A stretch of DNA of 63,686 bases, filler included, from Polymyxa betae A26-41 (taxonomy: Eukaryota; Protista; Endomyxa: Phytomyxea), in NCBI GenBank assembly GCA_003693705.1. It is 10 parts of 10 records of this genome, joined end to end, with 100 filler letters (N's around TTAATTAATTAA, not from the genome) between each part and the next. Parts side by side here need not be neighbours in the genome. Positions count along the whole stretch, not along the records: positions 1 to 10,056 come from RBZT01000821.1; positions 10,157 to 18,876 come from RBZT01000425.1; 8 more parts are not named here. One strand, 5' to 3'. The notes under the pieces are model-generated. The model was not told the origin of the DNA and did not search any database. It saw only the letters and a list, made by a program, of their open reading frames with translations. Positions within the stretch are counted from its first letter, which is position 1. Every line of letters starts with the position of its first letter. This document shows, piece by piece, positions 1-12,030 of this stretch. The position numbers were made by a program, and so were the translations under genes.

Positions 1-150
1 AAGGGAGGGTGCAACCCTCTGATGACAACGGTGCCAACAGTTGAAGACGGAGAAGTCCGTGGCGGAGTTTTGGTTTATATGGTAATGCCCTAATTCTATA
101 CTGTGATATATAATGCCTCCGGGCCATAATACAATTCATTCTGCTATTGA

Positions 151-300
151 TTGTGTTTAGCTCACATCGTTCTGAATCGTAGCCGCTTCCCGGAGCGAGA
201 AATCCAACACGGTAGAAAGCATAAACTGCTACCAAAGCAAAGGCTCTTAAATTTCATTTTGAATCTAAAGCACGATAATTCAATGCGCCAAAAGCTCTGT
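151..300 (+). pseudogene. PIF/Harbinger transposase fragment (HTH region)
   Basis: GRKHKLLPKQRLLNFILNLKHDNS closely matches GRQPKQSPQQRLLLFILFLKHDNT of the transposase at 6820-7491. Confidence 0.7.
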
Positions 301-1057
301 TTTGCGATGACAATATCTTCACTGCTTCCTGCATTGATTTCAGAGCTTACAGCCCGCATTGGGAATCCGCGATGTCTCTTGTACTTTTTGACAGCAACTT
401 CGATTTGCTGTGGAGTCAAAGAATTACCACCGTTATCATTTGTGCGGTCAGCGTCTATATACTCGCGCTGATTCCAGCTGCCTCAATCTGCGGTTTCTTG
501 GAGCCATGTCTTATTGATGAAGAGAGAGAGAGCACATGTTATTGCAAGTAGGCAGCGCAAACAATTGCACGAGTCTAAATAAAAGTGCGTCAGTCTCGCG
601 GAAAAATGTGCAGACGCAAATATGTGAAGTTTTGTGTTGGTGTGTGATCTTCCATAGAGATGAGAAAAAGTCTAATTTTTTCTTCTTATCATTAGGTGAT
701 GAATCGCTTCATGGGTCCTGTACCAGTCATTCCAGAGCACGTCCAGGATCAGGAAAATGTGTACGGATAATTCCCATACACTACCTTCCCCAAGACAAAT
801 TTCAGATGGAGGAAGAAGGAAATTTGGGATCAAAAATTTGATATTAATAAACCTTTCCGAAAACTGTCAAAAACTGGCCAGTTACACGATTTTGAATGCA
901 AAGTTTGGTCGGAGCAACCACCTGCTGATCGTCACAGTCAAAAGTGGGTGCAAAGTTTTGGAGGCACCCAAAAGAGGGTTCAAAACTTTGGACCTGATTT
1001 TGAACGCTCAATAAAATTTACGTTTTCCTCTATACCATTGATTGCTTCTGAATTATG

Positions 1058-1556
1058 GATGCATGCGGTGAATATATTTCTCTCCAGCTCTGATGGCACT
1101 GAATCCATCGGCTCGACTGTGATTCCAGCCACTCCAGAGCAAATGCTTAAGAAAATGAAGATTGGACGTGATAAAATCACGTCCGAGAAGCTCAGCGTTT
1201 TGATGGCATCCCATCGGCAGCACTATAGCGTTTGGTCCAATGGTAGGAAGAAGGCTGGTAAACAGATGACGCCGAACGAGATCTGGCCAAAGGTTGTCTA
1301 GTCGAATTTCTAGCATATCGTGTATTGATAACGCAACAGATATACGACGAGTATAAAAATGAATTTCCAGACTGTACGATATCAGAAGAACAGCTGAAAT
1401 TCCACATTCGGAATGAGAAGAAAGAGCTGCAAACAGGAGACACTGATGACATCTGATGACAAGTCTGACAGAATCGTTCTTCACCCATCTGATCTCTTGG
1501 AGAAAATCAAGCAGACAGATGGTCATGCAAAGCGAAATATTATCGCTAAACAAGAA
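1058..1556 (+). pseudogene. Harbinger accessory (Myb/SANT-like) gene remnant, two exons
   Basis: LMASHRQHYSVWSNGRKKAG..EIWPK, then a GT-AG intron at 1293-1339, then IYDEYKNEFPDCTISEEQLKFHIRNEK..AKRNIIAKQE. Homologous to the minus-strand gene at 7915-8560. Truncated by the DIRS-like element. Confidence 0.7.
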
Positions 1557-2739
1557 AACTTCCCATCTCAGCCAATTCCGTGGCGCCGCCAATGCGTAAG
1601 CTATGGCCTGTATATCGTGAATCATCGATACCCACTGCCTTCAGGTTTTTGGTTAACCATTCGGTGAACTTCTTCCGTATGATTGGCCTCCCATTCATAT
1701 CCTGAAATAATGGCTATGTCGCGTCCGTGCTGGTCCTCACATCAATAATTTGCTGAAGGTAGAGGGACGCACATGCATCATTACTCGATAAGGGGTGTAA
1801 AACCTTCACTTCGTCACGGAACTTGTTTGTCTTTCTGTTATATATAGATCGCTCTGCTGTGACATCGCTCAAATTGATCAGCCATTGGCCAAGGCGAGGA
1901 TAGGTCTTATCCGCCGCGTTCTCAGCTGTTAGTTCGCCAAGCCTGTAACGACCTTCGCGGCCTATCAATGCAAGGGACATCATGTTTTGATCGTCCACGG
2001 TTTGTTCACGGCCTGACTTCAGGATACGCACTGGCATCCACCAGTATATAGCCAATCGGGTATCCTTAACGGCTGAACCGTGTAGTTTATGCAGCCTCAT
2101 CATTATTCGGTCTTAAAGAGGGTAATTATTGAGTAAGTTTATGGGCTGGCCGACGCTTCCCAGATAATGTCCTATTCCGTAAAAGTAATTCCTTAGCGTT
2201 GTATATTTTAGGGGCTTCAGTTGTGTTGTTCCTTTATCCCATACATATAAACATAGGTGAGCTTCCGTTGGGTTATTTATCGAAAGATTATGCTTCTTCG
2301 CCCAAGTAGTGTAACTTCGCCACGCGGATGTGTAGGCATTCAGCGATGACATAGCCAATGCTTGGGCTAGACCGATACGTGCTGCCTCGATTAGCTCGGG
2401 GCGACTTTGCCGCATGATTGGGTCTTCGAGAACACCCCGGTCGCGGATCATATCGAGGAATTCGTTCGCTCGAGCTGTCATCTCATCTGAGCCGGCGGTC
2501 CATGACCTGATTTGCCAACGCGGCTGAGCACATCCGCCGTTGATTACGTTTGCTGAGAAAATATCTCTGGCATGGTCTAATATTTCTGAAGCTGCTGTAT
2601 TGCTGCTAGTTGTGGGGGCTGATTGGGCCCTGATTGGCCGCCTATGATGATTTGTTGATGGGCTCAGTGGAATCGAGGGTCTCTTTATCATGCTTCTTAT
2701 TCTGCAGATTTGTACAAGACCGCCGCTGGTTTGTCGCAC
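1557..2739 (-). pseudogene. Tyrosine recombinase of DIRS-like element
   Basis: Single frame with stops at 2113 and 1714. SAM-like N-domain (SSLNAYTSAWRSY..TLRNYFYGI), catalytic R (YRLGEL), K (KTNK) and YTGHSLRIGGAT near 1579-1615. The C-terminal GRW/Y is missing. Confidence 0.88.
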
Positions 2740-2884
2740 GCCCGCCGCGTGCCTATAAGAGGAAACCTACCTAATGCTAGGTTTTGAGGTCGCTGATAAT
2801 TAAGCTGACTGCAGAATAAAGATGTTTAGTGGAAATGTTTCGCAAAGTCTCATGAGGTGGACCGCCAACCATCACTAATGCTCA

Positions 2885-4250
2885 TCATGAGACCTGAGTA
2901 TCGGTCCATGGCCATAAGCTGTGAAACTTCTTCATTTCGTTACGGGATAACCCGTCCGCAATGTCATTCTTAACACCGGAAATGTGCTGGAGTATTATTC
3001 GACAGCGGAATTCCAGTTCTAGGAAGATTTCGCGCAGGATTTTAGCCACACCTGCGTCGGTCTTAATACGTCTAGCGGCCATGGCATCTATGTTTGAGAG
3101 GCTGTCAGCGCGCATAATAATGGCTTTCCCACTCCAGGCCTCGCCCCATAACTCGAGGGCACGCTTTGTAGCCCAAAGTTCCTAAACGCAGACATGGTGT
3201 TGCTGCTGCTGGGGGGTCCAACGGTGTTGAAATCATTCCCGCCTGTCTCGGCAACATCCGCCCATCCCCCAGCTGGAGGCATCTGTCTAAACACCGAGAT
3301 CATTGTATGTGCTGGTCTCTTCACGAATTTTTTTGTATGACGCATTCCATTTGTTGAGGAATTTCAACCATGTTGCCAGGCCATCCTTGGCTCCATATGG
3401 AAGGGGCCTAAGCCACCTTCGCTGTCCTGCAAGACACCGTCGGAGTCGGAACATGAATGTTCGCCCAGCAGGCATGATCTGCGTTAGATAGTTCAGCGTG
3501 CCAACAACCTGCTGGACCATCTTCATTGTAATACGTTTAGCCATAATCAGGTTCTTAATTCGTGTTTTTGCCTTTTCAATCTTATCTTCAGGTAACGAAA
3601 CCATCACTGTCTCGGTGTCGAAGAGAAACCCTAGGGATGTCTGCTGCCTTCATGGTGTCCTCCGTTTCTCCGGATCAAGCCTTATGCCTAAGCGCGCCGC
3701 CACCTGTTGAAAACGCAGCTGGTTTCTGAATTCTTCGATAAGGTCGTGGCCGATTCCTAAAAAATCGTCCACTTAACACCGTAACGTCTCGAAGCTGTCA
3801 GGGAACTTCGTTTGCAGTACCCAGACAAAGAGCGTGGTGACTTCATTCCACAAGCCTGGTGAGCTACGACTGCCGAAGGAAACTGTCGTTCGAATGTAGT
3901 AACGATGGCCGATCTTGAACATCAGCCATTGACGTGAGCTTGTGTCCAATTTTAAATGGTGGAGCGCTTCCTGCACATCCTCGCTCCAAAGATAAACGGA
4001 GCCGTACTGCTCTTTCTCTTCGAGGATCAATCGCATTGTATCTTTCAAGCGGGGTAGTTCGATCTCGAACTGGGTTGGGTCAATGTGGAAATTAACCGCC
4101 GTCGAACTGTTTTTAACTGTTAGATCATGGATTAGTCGATCGAACTGCTCATTGTTTGGCACACCGTAAACAGGGCATGCTATATAATTTTTTTATATGG
4201 AATTTCTACGCGATAAAAGGGGCCAATAAAATGACCTTTTAAGTGCTCCT
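2885..4250 (-). pseudogene. Reverse transcriptase/RNase H of DIRS-like element
   Basis: FDRLIHDL, DVQEALHHL, SFGSRSSP, [Y>*]VDDFLG at about 3755-3775, LPEDKI, VGTLNY, and RNase H HISGVKNDIADGLSR. Confidence 0.88.
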
Positions 4251-5454
4251 TTCTGAGTTTGGCAACGAAGCGCAGATGGTCAGCGTCGGATGAACCCGAT
4301 TGTAGCGGAGAATCCCATTCCCATGATCTGTTAGTCGGCCCTTCATATCTGATATTGGTAGCATACTGAATCTCATAGAGGAACCTATCAACGGTCCGCC
4401 GGTCGGGATGTCTGCTCAGTGCTGTACGCCAGCTATCAAGTTTCAACCAGGGAATAACGTCATAGGCTTCCCGAAGAAGCGCTTTCCGCTCAGACAAGCT
4501 CCTGAACTCCAAGACTTCGAATGGTCGGTCATATGGTGATTCAGGTAAGCGGGTTCTTACAACATTATCGTGGCTGTTAACGTGCAGGTCTGATATAGTT
4601 TCAATAGACGCGATGGAATACGGTGAATTCGCAGCTGGTTTATGACTCTTATTGCAATCTCTTCCAAACTTGCATTTTTGGTTTCGAGCAAATTCACGGC
4701 AACGGATGTTGCCTTTGGCATCTTTTGTGTCTTGAAAGGTCTTCTTGTCGGGAGTATTGTGGATCGGCTCGTTATCGCGCATAAATGCGCGTTGTAGACG
4801 CATCTCTTCACTCGGGTTGCGCCATTCAAAGGCTGTGTAGTCCGGCCTCTCGTCAACCAGTCGTCGGATTCGAATGTCGTATCGATATACTGCTCGCCAG
4901 CTCTTACGGTACAGACGGGCACTCTGCGCAATTACTGCTCCATGGTGAAGCATCGCTCGAATAATCGGACGAATTGCATTTGACTGCACCAAGACATTAG
5001 TGACAATCTGATGAATCTCTGCCCACCTATAAAGTCGTTGATCTCTTTCTTGGACCTTGTCTGGTCACTTTTGATTCATTCCCTTGGACCATCAGGTTTT
5101 TAATTTCGTCAGGTTCGTTTCGAGGCTGCCCACGATGCTTTCGTAGTCCACATAGCGTACTTCCAGAATCTTCTTTTGAATTTCTTCCGAAATCGGCAGG
5201 ATTATTGAAACTATATACGCACCTCCAGCTTGCTTAATCTTTTATTCGAACTCCGCAATTCGGGCTTGCGCTGCCTGCAATCGCTCATCCTGATCCTTCG
5301 GCGGCATGTCGATGAACTTTTTCAACATCTTTCCGTCCACTGTCGCTTCATCGTCGAGAGTTTCTAAAGACGTGTAGAGTTCATCACTGGTGTTCTCCCT
5401 AGGAATTCGATTTCCGGCGCCCGACGCTTTGGCACTTCCAGATTTCGAGCTCAT
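4180..5454 (-). pseudogene. gag-like ORF1 of DIRS-like element
   Basis: WRAVYRYDIRIR motif and a C-x7-C-x5-C-x3-H finger (CREFARNQKCKFGRDCNKSH). Start probably MSSKSG at 5454. Interrupted. Confidence 0.75.
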
Positions 5455-6552
5455 TGTTCAGTAACAAGAGTTCTCCTGACCACCTCGGATTCCGTCAGGT
5501 AGCCTGATTCAGCGAGATGGGCACTTGGGATGAGTAATTTCATCGCTTTCTTAGCTCATGTATTCTCATTTCAGTAAAATTACGCATTTTCTAGCTCCGC
5601 AGTTTATTCTTCTCAGAATTTGGCAGTAACTGCGCAATGGCAGTTCCTGCGCAGTTTGCTAAAACTCCTGGTTTTGCCTAGCTCCCTTGGCCGTCAACGG
5701 CAGCACTCTGCTTCGTCAGTACGCTCCTGGCCAAGTGCACTAAGTGACTGGAACAGGACTTACATATGGGGCCTGTACATGCGCACTCCGTGGAACAATA
5801 CTTCGGATGAATTAGACTTACCTTTCCAGACCCATCTTGGACAGAAGGTCCTCGAACTTCAACATGGTTGACCTGAGCTGGAAATGGAACAGAGGTGCCA
5901 ACTATAACGAGTATATCATAACTCTCAGCTAATTAGGGGTATTGATGTCACACTGCGGTTGGGTGGAAACGCCGGAACGACCGAAGTTCTCGTTCGTTTC
6001 GAGAATACTCTCAGCCCTTTCAACGGCTGTGTTTATATTTATTCTGCTTATCGGTATTTCTGGTTAGGCTGGGTTGGCTACAGGGCAAACGCACGCGCGA
6101 TAGAAGAGTGAGTGTCTAGAGGTCGGGAGAGCTTGGTCACCCTCCATCGAGGCGGCTGGGGTCCGGACTGCGCAACGGACCTAGCCGCAGAAATTTCATA
6201 GGGGTGTCTTGTCATATATTACCTTCGTGGCCGTCAATAGCGGTATCTGTTCCTCGTCCGCCTAACTTGTGGATCGCTCTCTCGTCCCGAAACCTAAAAT
6301 CATTGCTGCGGACTGACCTATCTGCTGTCGTTCATTGCGAGCAGTTTTACAGGATGGGCATTGTCTCGAGACCTTTCTCGGTTGTTTCTGCTGCATTTTG
6401 GAAATTACGGACATATTAAAGATGTCCGTAATTGTGACTGACTTTTCTGTGTGAACTGTCTGCTTTGGCAGATCTTTGGTGGGTGTCAGCATTGGTGACA
6501 GATTTTTGCAAGAGTCTGTGAGACAGCCTGTCACACTTATAAAATCTATAAA

Positions 6553-7885
6553 TATGGATATTATGGATTTGCTCGAAGACCACGAAGACGATGTCTTTAC
6601 AGATGAGCTCATCGACGAGGAATCGCTAGTGATTAGCGCAGCATGCACTCCTGCTTTAAATGTGCTCGGTTTTGTTTCATCCGATGAGGTGCTAAACGAA
6701 GGTCAGCACTTAGCGTCGACGCGGGTGTTCGTGATCAATTAACTCTCCTTCATGAACCCCATCCTTTTTTCGAATCATAACAAACTTCACCGCAGAGGAG
6801 CTCGAGGAGCTTTCCTCCAGTGTTTGCACCGTTAACGTTTGGCCGCCAACCGAAACAGTCTCCTCAGCAGCGTTTGTTATTATTTATTCTTTTTTTGAAG
6901 CATGACAACACGATAAGAATGGATGCATTCACGTGGAGTCTGTCAAAATCATCGACTTGGGATGATATTATTTTCGTGGCATCGTGCATAGCGGAATCAT
7001 TGAGCGATGAGCTGAGTTGGCCGTCCCCAGCAGAGCGACGACGGCTCGGAGCTGCAGTTCCGGGATCTGACGGATGTATCGGTTTTATTGACGGTACTTT
7101 AATCGAGATTAGGCGACCATGGAATGTCGAACGGCATCAGCTCCGGTACGATGGGCGAAAAGCCATGTATGCTCTGAATAACACCGTCGTAATTGACCAT
7201 CACGGGCTTTTTATTTACATTGATCCCGGATATCAGGGATCGTTCCACGATGTTAATTGCCTTCGACGATCCGATTTATATCGTGATTGGCGAAATTTCT
7301 TCACTCATAATGATGACTATTCTGAGAACCTGCTAGGAGACCCGGGATACGTCGGGGAAGAGATGTTCATCATGCGCCGAATATGCCAAAGGGAAGTGCA
7401 ACAGGCGAGCGACAGCTTAACTGTTGCTTATGCATTGAATGCCATGCATGCGGGATACCGAGTGCGTGTCGAATGGGGCATTGTGTCATGATCGACGAGC
7501 ATAAACACGAAGCCCCTGGAACCCTCCCACCGGCGCGGCCTCCGGCGGCGCCTCCAGCCCCTCGGGCGCACGCAGTTGCGCGCCCGCTCGCACCCGGCGT
7601 ATTACGATCAACGCCTTCCTCATCGTCTTCACCTCCTACCTCCTCTGTCTCCCTCTTCCCCTCGACATCGTCTCCGTCCTCAAGACCTCGTCCTAACACA
7701 TTGGATGCCTCAAACGAAAATGGAAGCGCTTGATGAAGAAGTTTGAAGCTCGCCGCGAGAAGTTTCCCGTGCTGTTTAAAAGCGCGGCGATATTAACAAA
7801 TTTTATCCATCGGCGCCGGATGGAGATGGTTGCAGAAATGGATTATGCTGGTGCTGACAATTTGGGATGGGATCGCGATTACTGA
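6553..7885 (+). pseudogene. Harbinger DDE transposase (DDE_Tnp_4-like), frameshifted and LTR-interrupted
   Basis: GFIDGT, YDGRK, GSFHD, LLGDPGY, RVRVEWGI. Removing the solo LTR and one TSD restores GIGCLKRKW..AAILTNF to TGA at 7885. Confidence 0.9.
7484..7698. mobile_element. Solo LTR (215 bp)
   Basis: TGTCATG...CCTAACA termini with a perfect 5-bp TSD CATTG (7479-7483, 7699-7703). Confidence 0.88.
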
Positions 7886-7914
7886 ATGCGAAATACGCTT
7901 TTTGTATTATTTAC

Positions 7915-8560
7915 AAATTAAAAAAGCTGCACCCGAGCCAGAAGGTTGAACTCTTCCTGGGAGATAAGCCCCAGGGCAAAGCTTCAACTTCTCTAGCTGG
8001 ACTAGATCATTTCGATTCTTGATGAGGGCATCCTGGTTCTGACGCGACGACGCCTAGAAATCGCTAATTTTCACTATTGATTGGGCTTGGTCACCCAACA
8101 TTTGAGCCTTCTTTTTGTCAGCCGGCTTAGCCGGTGTTTCAGGGCCGTGATTTTGTTTGCTCTGCTCAATGTTTGACTCCAAAATCTGTTCCTGTTTAGC
8201 CAAAACGTTCCGCTTAGCGTTAGGATTCCCAACTTTCACGAGTTCTAACGTGTCGGAAGATTGAAGCGCTACATTACCGGAAGCATCTGCTGAATCTCCT
8301 GTTTTGAGTCCTATTTTTTCAGATCGAATGTGCACTTTCAGCTGTTTCTCACTGATCGTACAATCTGGGTGTTGTTTTTTGTATTCGGCATATATCTCCG
8401 AAGGTTTTGGTCTATGCTCAACGCTGCAATATATTTCATAACCTTTGGCCTGATTTCCTTTGGGATACCTGCGTGCCAGTTTTTTTTCGTCCGATGAACC
8501 ATTCTCCATAATATTGGCGATGAGCAGCCAAGAGCGTGCTGGTTTTTAAAGAGTCGACAA
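7915..8560 (-). pseudogene. Harbinger accessory DNA-binding gene (spliced, degenerate)
   Basis: LLAAHRQYYGEWFIGRKKTG / IYAEYKKQHPDCTISEKQLKVHIRSEK. Convergent to the transposase inside the TIRs, with the same intron position as the copy at 1058-1556. Confidence 0.7.
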
Positions 8561-8855
8561 CAGTTCGGCCGACAATGTTTTGTCACTTCGTAGGCAGTGA
8601 ATAGCTGCCATTATTGCCACTGTCAGAACTGGAACTGGACGGGATTTCGATTGGCAATTCCATCAATAAAACAGAAATTACAAAAATCACAAAACACAAT
8701 GTCGGCGAAACAGTTTGGTAGATCTTTTATATAGGTTGAAACAGTTTCACAAATCTTTGCCTGTGACTTGCAGCGGCAGGAGGCATCAGCAGACCTTTGA
8801 GCTGAAAAATAGGCGACTCGCAGCAAGTTTATAGCGTTTACGGACATCTTTATTA

Positions 8856-10056
8856 GAGACTGGTTCAAGTAGAAAAATTGCGGAAAAAAAATTGCGGGAA
8901 TAAAAATTCCAGTGAAAAAGTAGCAGCCTTCGGAAATGGCGGCACCGCCATTTCGTGGTAGCGGGGCCTCCATTTCCGGAGGCTGCGCGCTGTTTCTCTG
9001 TTGCCGTTTTGGCGTCTCTGGGTCGGCAGTTTCGAGCGACCACGTCCTCATCATCTGTTCCAGCCTGAGCCGGCGGAAACTTCCACACCTGTCTGCAGCA
9101 CTCCTGGTACCAAGCGCCGTGGGAGGAAGCCGAAATCCCTAACCGGGAGCAATATCCGTTGGAATAACGAAATGATCGAAAGTTTAATGACAGCAAGAAT
9201 CGAAACCTACGGTCAGTTCTTCAGAGAAGTTAAGAACAGCCATAAACTCTCCGAGGGGTGGTCAAAAGTCGCATACGAGGTTTGCAAAGTGACCAATCAA
9301 AATGTCAATGGCCTCAAATGCCGTCAGCAATTCGGAAGATTGCAGACAAAAATGGCGAGACCACAAGCCTGATGGAAAAGAATCTGTGCGAACGGGTAAC
9401 CAGGATCCCGGCAATAACGTATGGGACGACACGCTTGCCACCATTCAGCCGTTTTTTCGAAAAAGCCGGGCTGTGGCTCTAACTTGGGCCAGGCCACTGA
9501 TGATCATGATTCGTCGCCGGAAGCTGCTGACAGCGATTCATCCTCTGACAGTGAAATCGAAATGCAACCGAAACCCATGAAACTGTGCAAGCCAGACCTG
9601 TCAAAAAAGCCGCTGACTTCGGCAGAAGGAATCGATGGAGTTGGAATCAACGTTGCTGAGGGACTTAGATCGATAGCATAGTCTTTAGGCTCTAGGACCT
9701 CTGGCAATGACGACATCATGAAGTTCCTTGACGAAAATCGGGAGGAACAAAAGAAAATGCGAGAAACATTGGATCGTGTTGCTTCGATTCAGGAAGCGAC
9801 GTTGCAGTTTATGCAGAGGTTTATGTCTAATCAGTAAAGATGGCTGGTTATGATTTCCAGAGATAATCTCGGATAGAGTATCGCTTGCGTTTCGCAGCCT
9901 CCCCTGGGCCTGTGCTTCTTCGCCATCTTCCGCCTGCCCTGCGTTGCGTCGGGTGTCATCATCGTCAAGTTCCTCATCGTCATTTAAATGAATGAAAATA
10001 TTGTGCAAGATAAAGCAGGCTCGGATCACTCGTGACATAGGTTTCACTGCAACCTT
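8856..10056. mobile_element. Second PIF/Harbinger family element (partial, runs into contig end)
   Basis: Begins after TTA. Plus-strand Myb/SANT-trihelix ORF at 8936-about 9840 (IRWNNEMIESL..GWSKVA..CRQQF, frameshifted). Minus-strand transposase C-terminus VIRACFILHN at about 9990-10047. Confidence 0.8.
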
Positions 10057-10156
10057 NNNNNNNNNNNNNNNNNNNNNNNNNNNNNNNNNNNNNNNNNNNN
10101 TTAATTAATTAANNNNNNNNNNNNNNNNNNNNNNNNNNNNNNNNNNNNNNNNNNNN
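10057..10156. other. Artificial contig linker (first of nine)
   Basis: N-run/TTAATTAATTAA (stops in all six frames)/N-run, exactly 100 bp. Identical linkers at 18877-18976, 21223-21322, 32655-32754, 37356-37455, 42946-43045, 53797-53896, 56208-56307 and 60633-60732. Confidence 0.98.
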
Positions 10157-10863
10157 GTCCCCGCGACTCATAAATTACGAAGTCGACCCCAGCTTGTGCT
10201 GAAGCCATATAGCTTCACAGACACCCTGCGTATATCACAACGCGTGCAGTTGGGCCGCTCCACTATAGCCCACGGTCCTTAATGATCGACCAGAATGTAG
10301 CTTAGCTTCTGAGCACCTTCAAGGTAAGTATGAGATCAACTCTGCACCAATGGCTCCTTATATATCAGATAGAGAGATAACCCCCATTATGGGACCTATT
10401 TTGTTAACCCAATACTATGACAGTGTTTTATCAACTTTCTAAATACATGAGGTTCTGTTAGGCAGATAGTATTAGCCATATAGTTGGTTGCAAAAACGTC
10501 ACTTTTAACATATAACCCGTGGTTTAACGTCAGCACGCTCTGATTTGCTGATTTATGGTTTGAAAATATTTATATGTTGGTCTCGGTCCAGGACGATCTC
10601 CCGGGCCAGTGCAAGGCATACTTTGGGACAATGTTGCGTTAAGCTGCAGATCGCGGAAGACCGGCGCTGCGTGCACAGGACCGAACTGGATCCAGGACGG
10701 CGCCGAAAGCAGCGAGTATCACTGATGCGGATGATCTGATTCATTGTGGGCGCAGCCCTCGTTCAGAGGCGTAGCCCTCGGAAAGAGGCGCAGCCCTCGA
10801 TTCGAATAGGGGAGCAGCCATTGACAGAGGCGCAGCCTTCTCAAAAACAAATCGCCTCTTTAG

Positions 10864-12030
10864 ATGGGCGGTGCTCGGAGCCTTACGACATCTGTCTCTG
10901 GCTGGGATGGGATGTGCTGCCGCCGCCAGGTCGTAGGAGTTCCAGACAGTATTGGATCAGCTGCGGCCGTACCGCGATCGGCGTCAAGTGGGCTCTGCCG
11001 ACCTCGACCGACGGCTGTATCTGCTCGTCGACGAGATCAAGGCGAAGCCGGAGATTGTTGGCGCCAGGCTGCCTCGGCTGCGGCGCTTGATCCGATCCGG
11101 AGCATCGACGACTTGTTTCGACGATTATGAACTTTCGTATTTAAATATTGGCGATATCGTCAAGGACATGTTCTTGGCCCAGGACTTAACGCACCGTCCC
11201 AGCCGTGACCTGTTTCATTTCACATCGTTATTGATAGCGGGGGTCCGGCTGCCGTCACTAATCGAATCTACGTCGGGAACGGCGGGGCACCCTGCATTGA
11301 GATGCTCGGGCGGTTTCTGTGCCGCTGGGACGACGCGAGGATCCCGCTCCGCAAACCCGATCGATGGCCGTCTCTGGAGCGGAATGCGACGATTTTGTTC
11401 GGGCAATGCGTCCGCCTGCTACAGATGATTCACGCACAGAAACTGCTCTATGATGTCGCACTCCCGTTCTACTCGACCTCGTGCCGTTACTGCACGACCA
11501 TCTCGGCCTTTCTCACAGCTCGATATAATACGCTCCTCTATCCGGAGTTTATCACGGACTTGATCGTCGAGTTTCTCCATCTGTTCTTAATGACCCAGTT
11601 CATCACGGGGACTTTTCCGGACCTGGATCGCTGCTCGGACTCTCATAAAGATCTGTCTCTCTCAATGTGGCAGCTGAACCCAAAATTGCTGTCGCGCCTG
11701 TTTCAAGAAAGGGGTCTGTATGACCCGTTTTTAGAAATCGTCACATCAACTGAGTGCGCTACGATCGGATTCGTGAACAGCATGCAGCGGTCGAAGGAGA
11801 CGCGCCGGATATTCGTCAATATGCTCCGGATTGCGGAAGTTGCCGATCGGCTGTCGGCGAGCGACGTTTTGGTCGCCGAGCTGATACGGCGCAGAGACCG
11901 GAGACCTCTGCAGATTTTGCTGCAGAGATTGTCGCCCGAACGCCGGTCCGACCTGCTCCATCATGAATACGCCCAAACCCGCGGCTGTAAACAACGTATT
12001 GGGAGATTGCTGCTCCGGGATTCGATCTAA
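10864..12030 (+). pseudogene. Hypothetical protein, frameshifted
   Basis: Three overlapping GC-rich plus-strand ORFs (10864, 10952, 11302) with coding-like composition. No recognised domain. Confidence 0.45.

Larger units (their letters stand above)
1557..6200 (-). mobile_element. DIRS/Ngaro-type tyrosine-recombinase retrotransposon, degenerate and 3'-truncated
   Basis: Order on the minus strand is gag (CCCH finger), RT, RNase H, tyrosine recombinase. A putative 5' terminal repeat with AATAAA lies at about 6030-6200. Multiple stops and frameshifts. Confidence 0.88.
6420..8849 (+). mobile_element. PIF/Harbinger DNA transposon with both TIRs
   Basis: 12-bp TIR AGATGTCCGTAA (6420-6431) / TTACGGACATCT (8838-8849), flanked by TAA and TTA. 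Convergent transposase and accessory ORF. Confidence 0.85.

Noticed and set aside
10101-10112. TTAATTAATTAA palindromes inside N runs
   Set aside because: Artificial all-frame-stop linkers. ORFs crossing them are artefacts.
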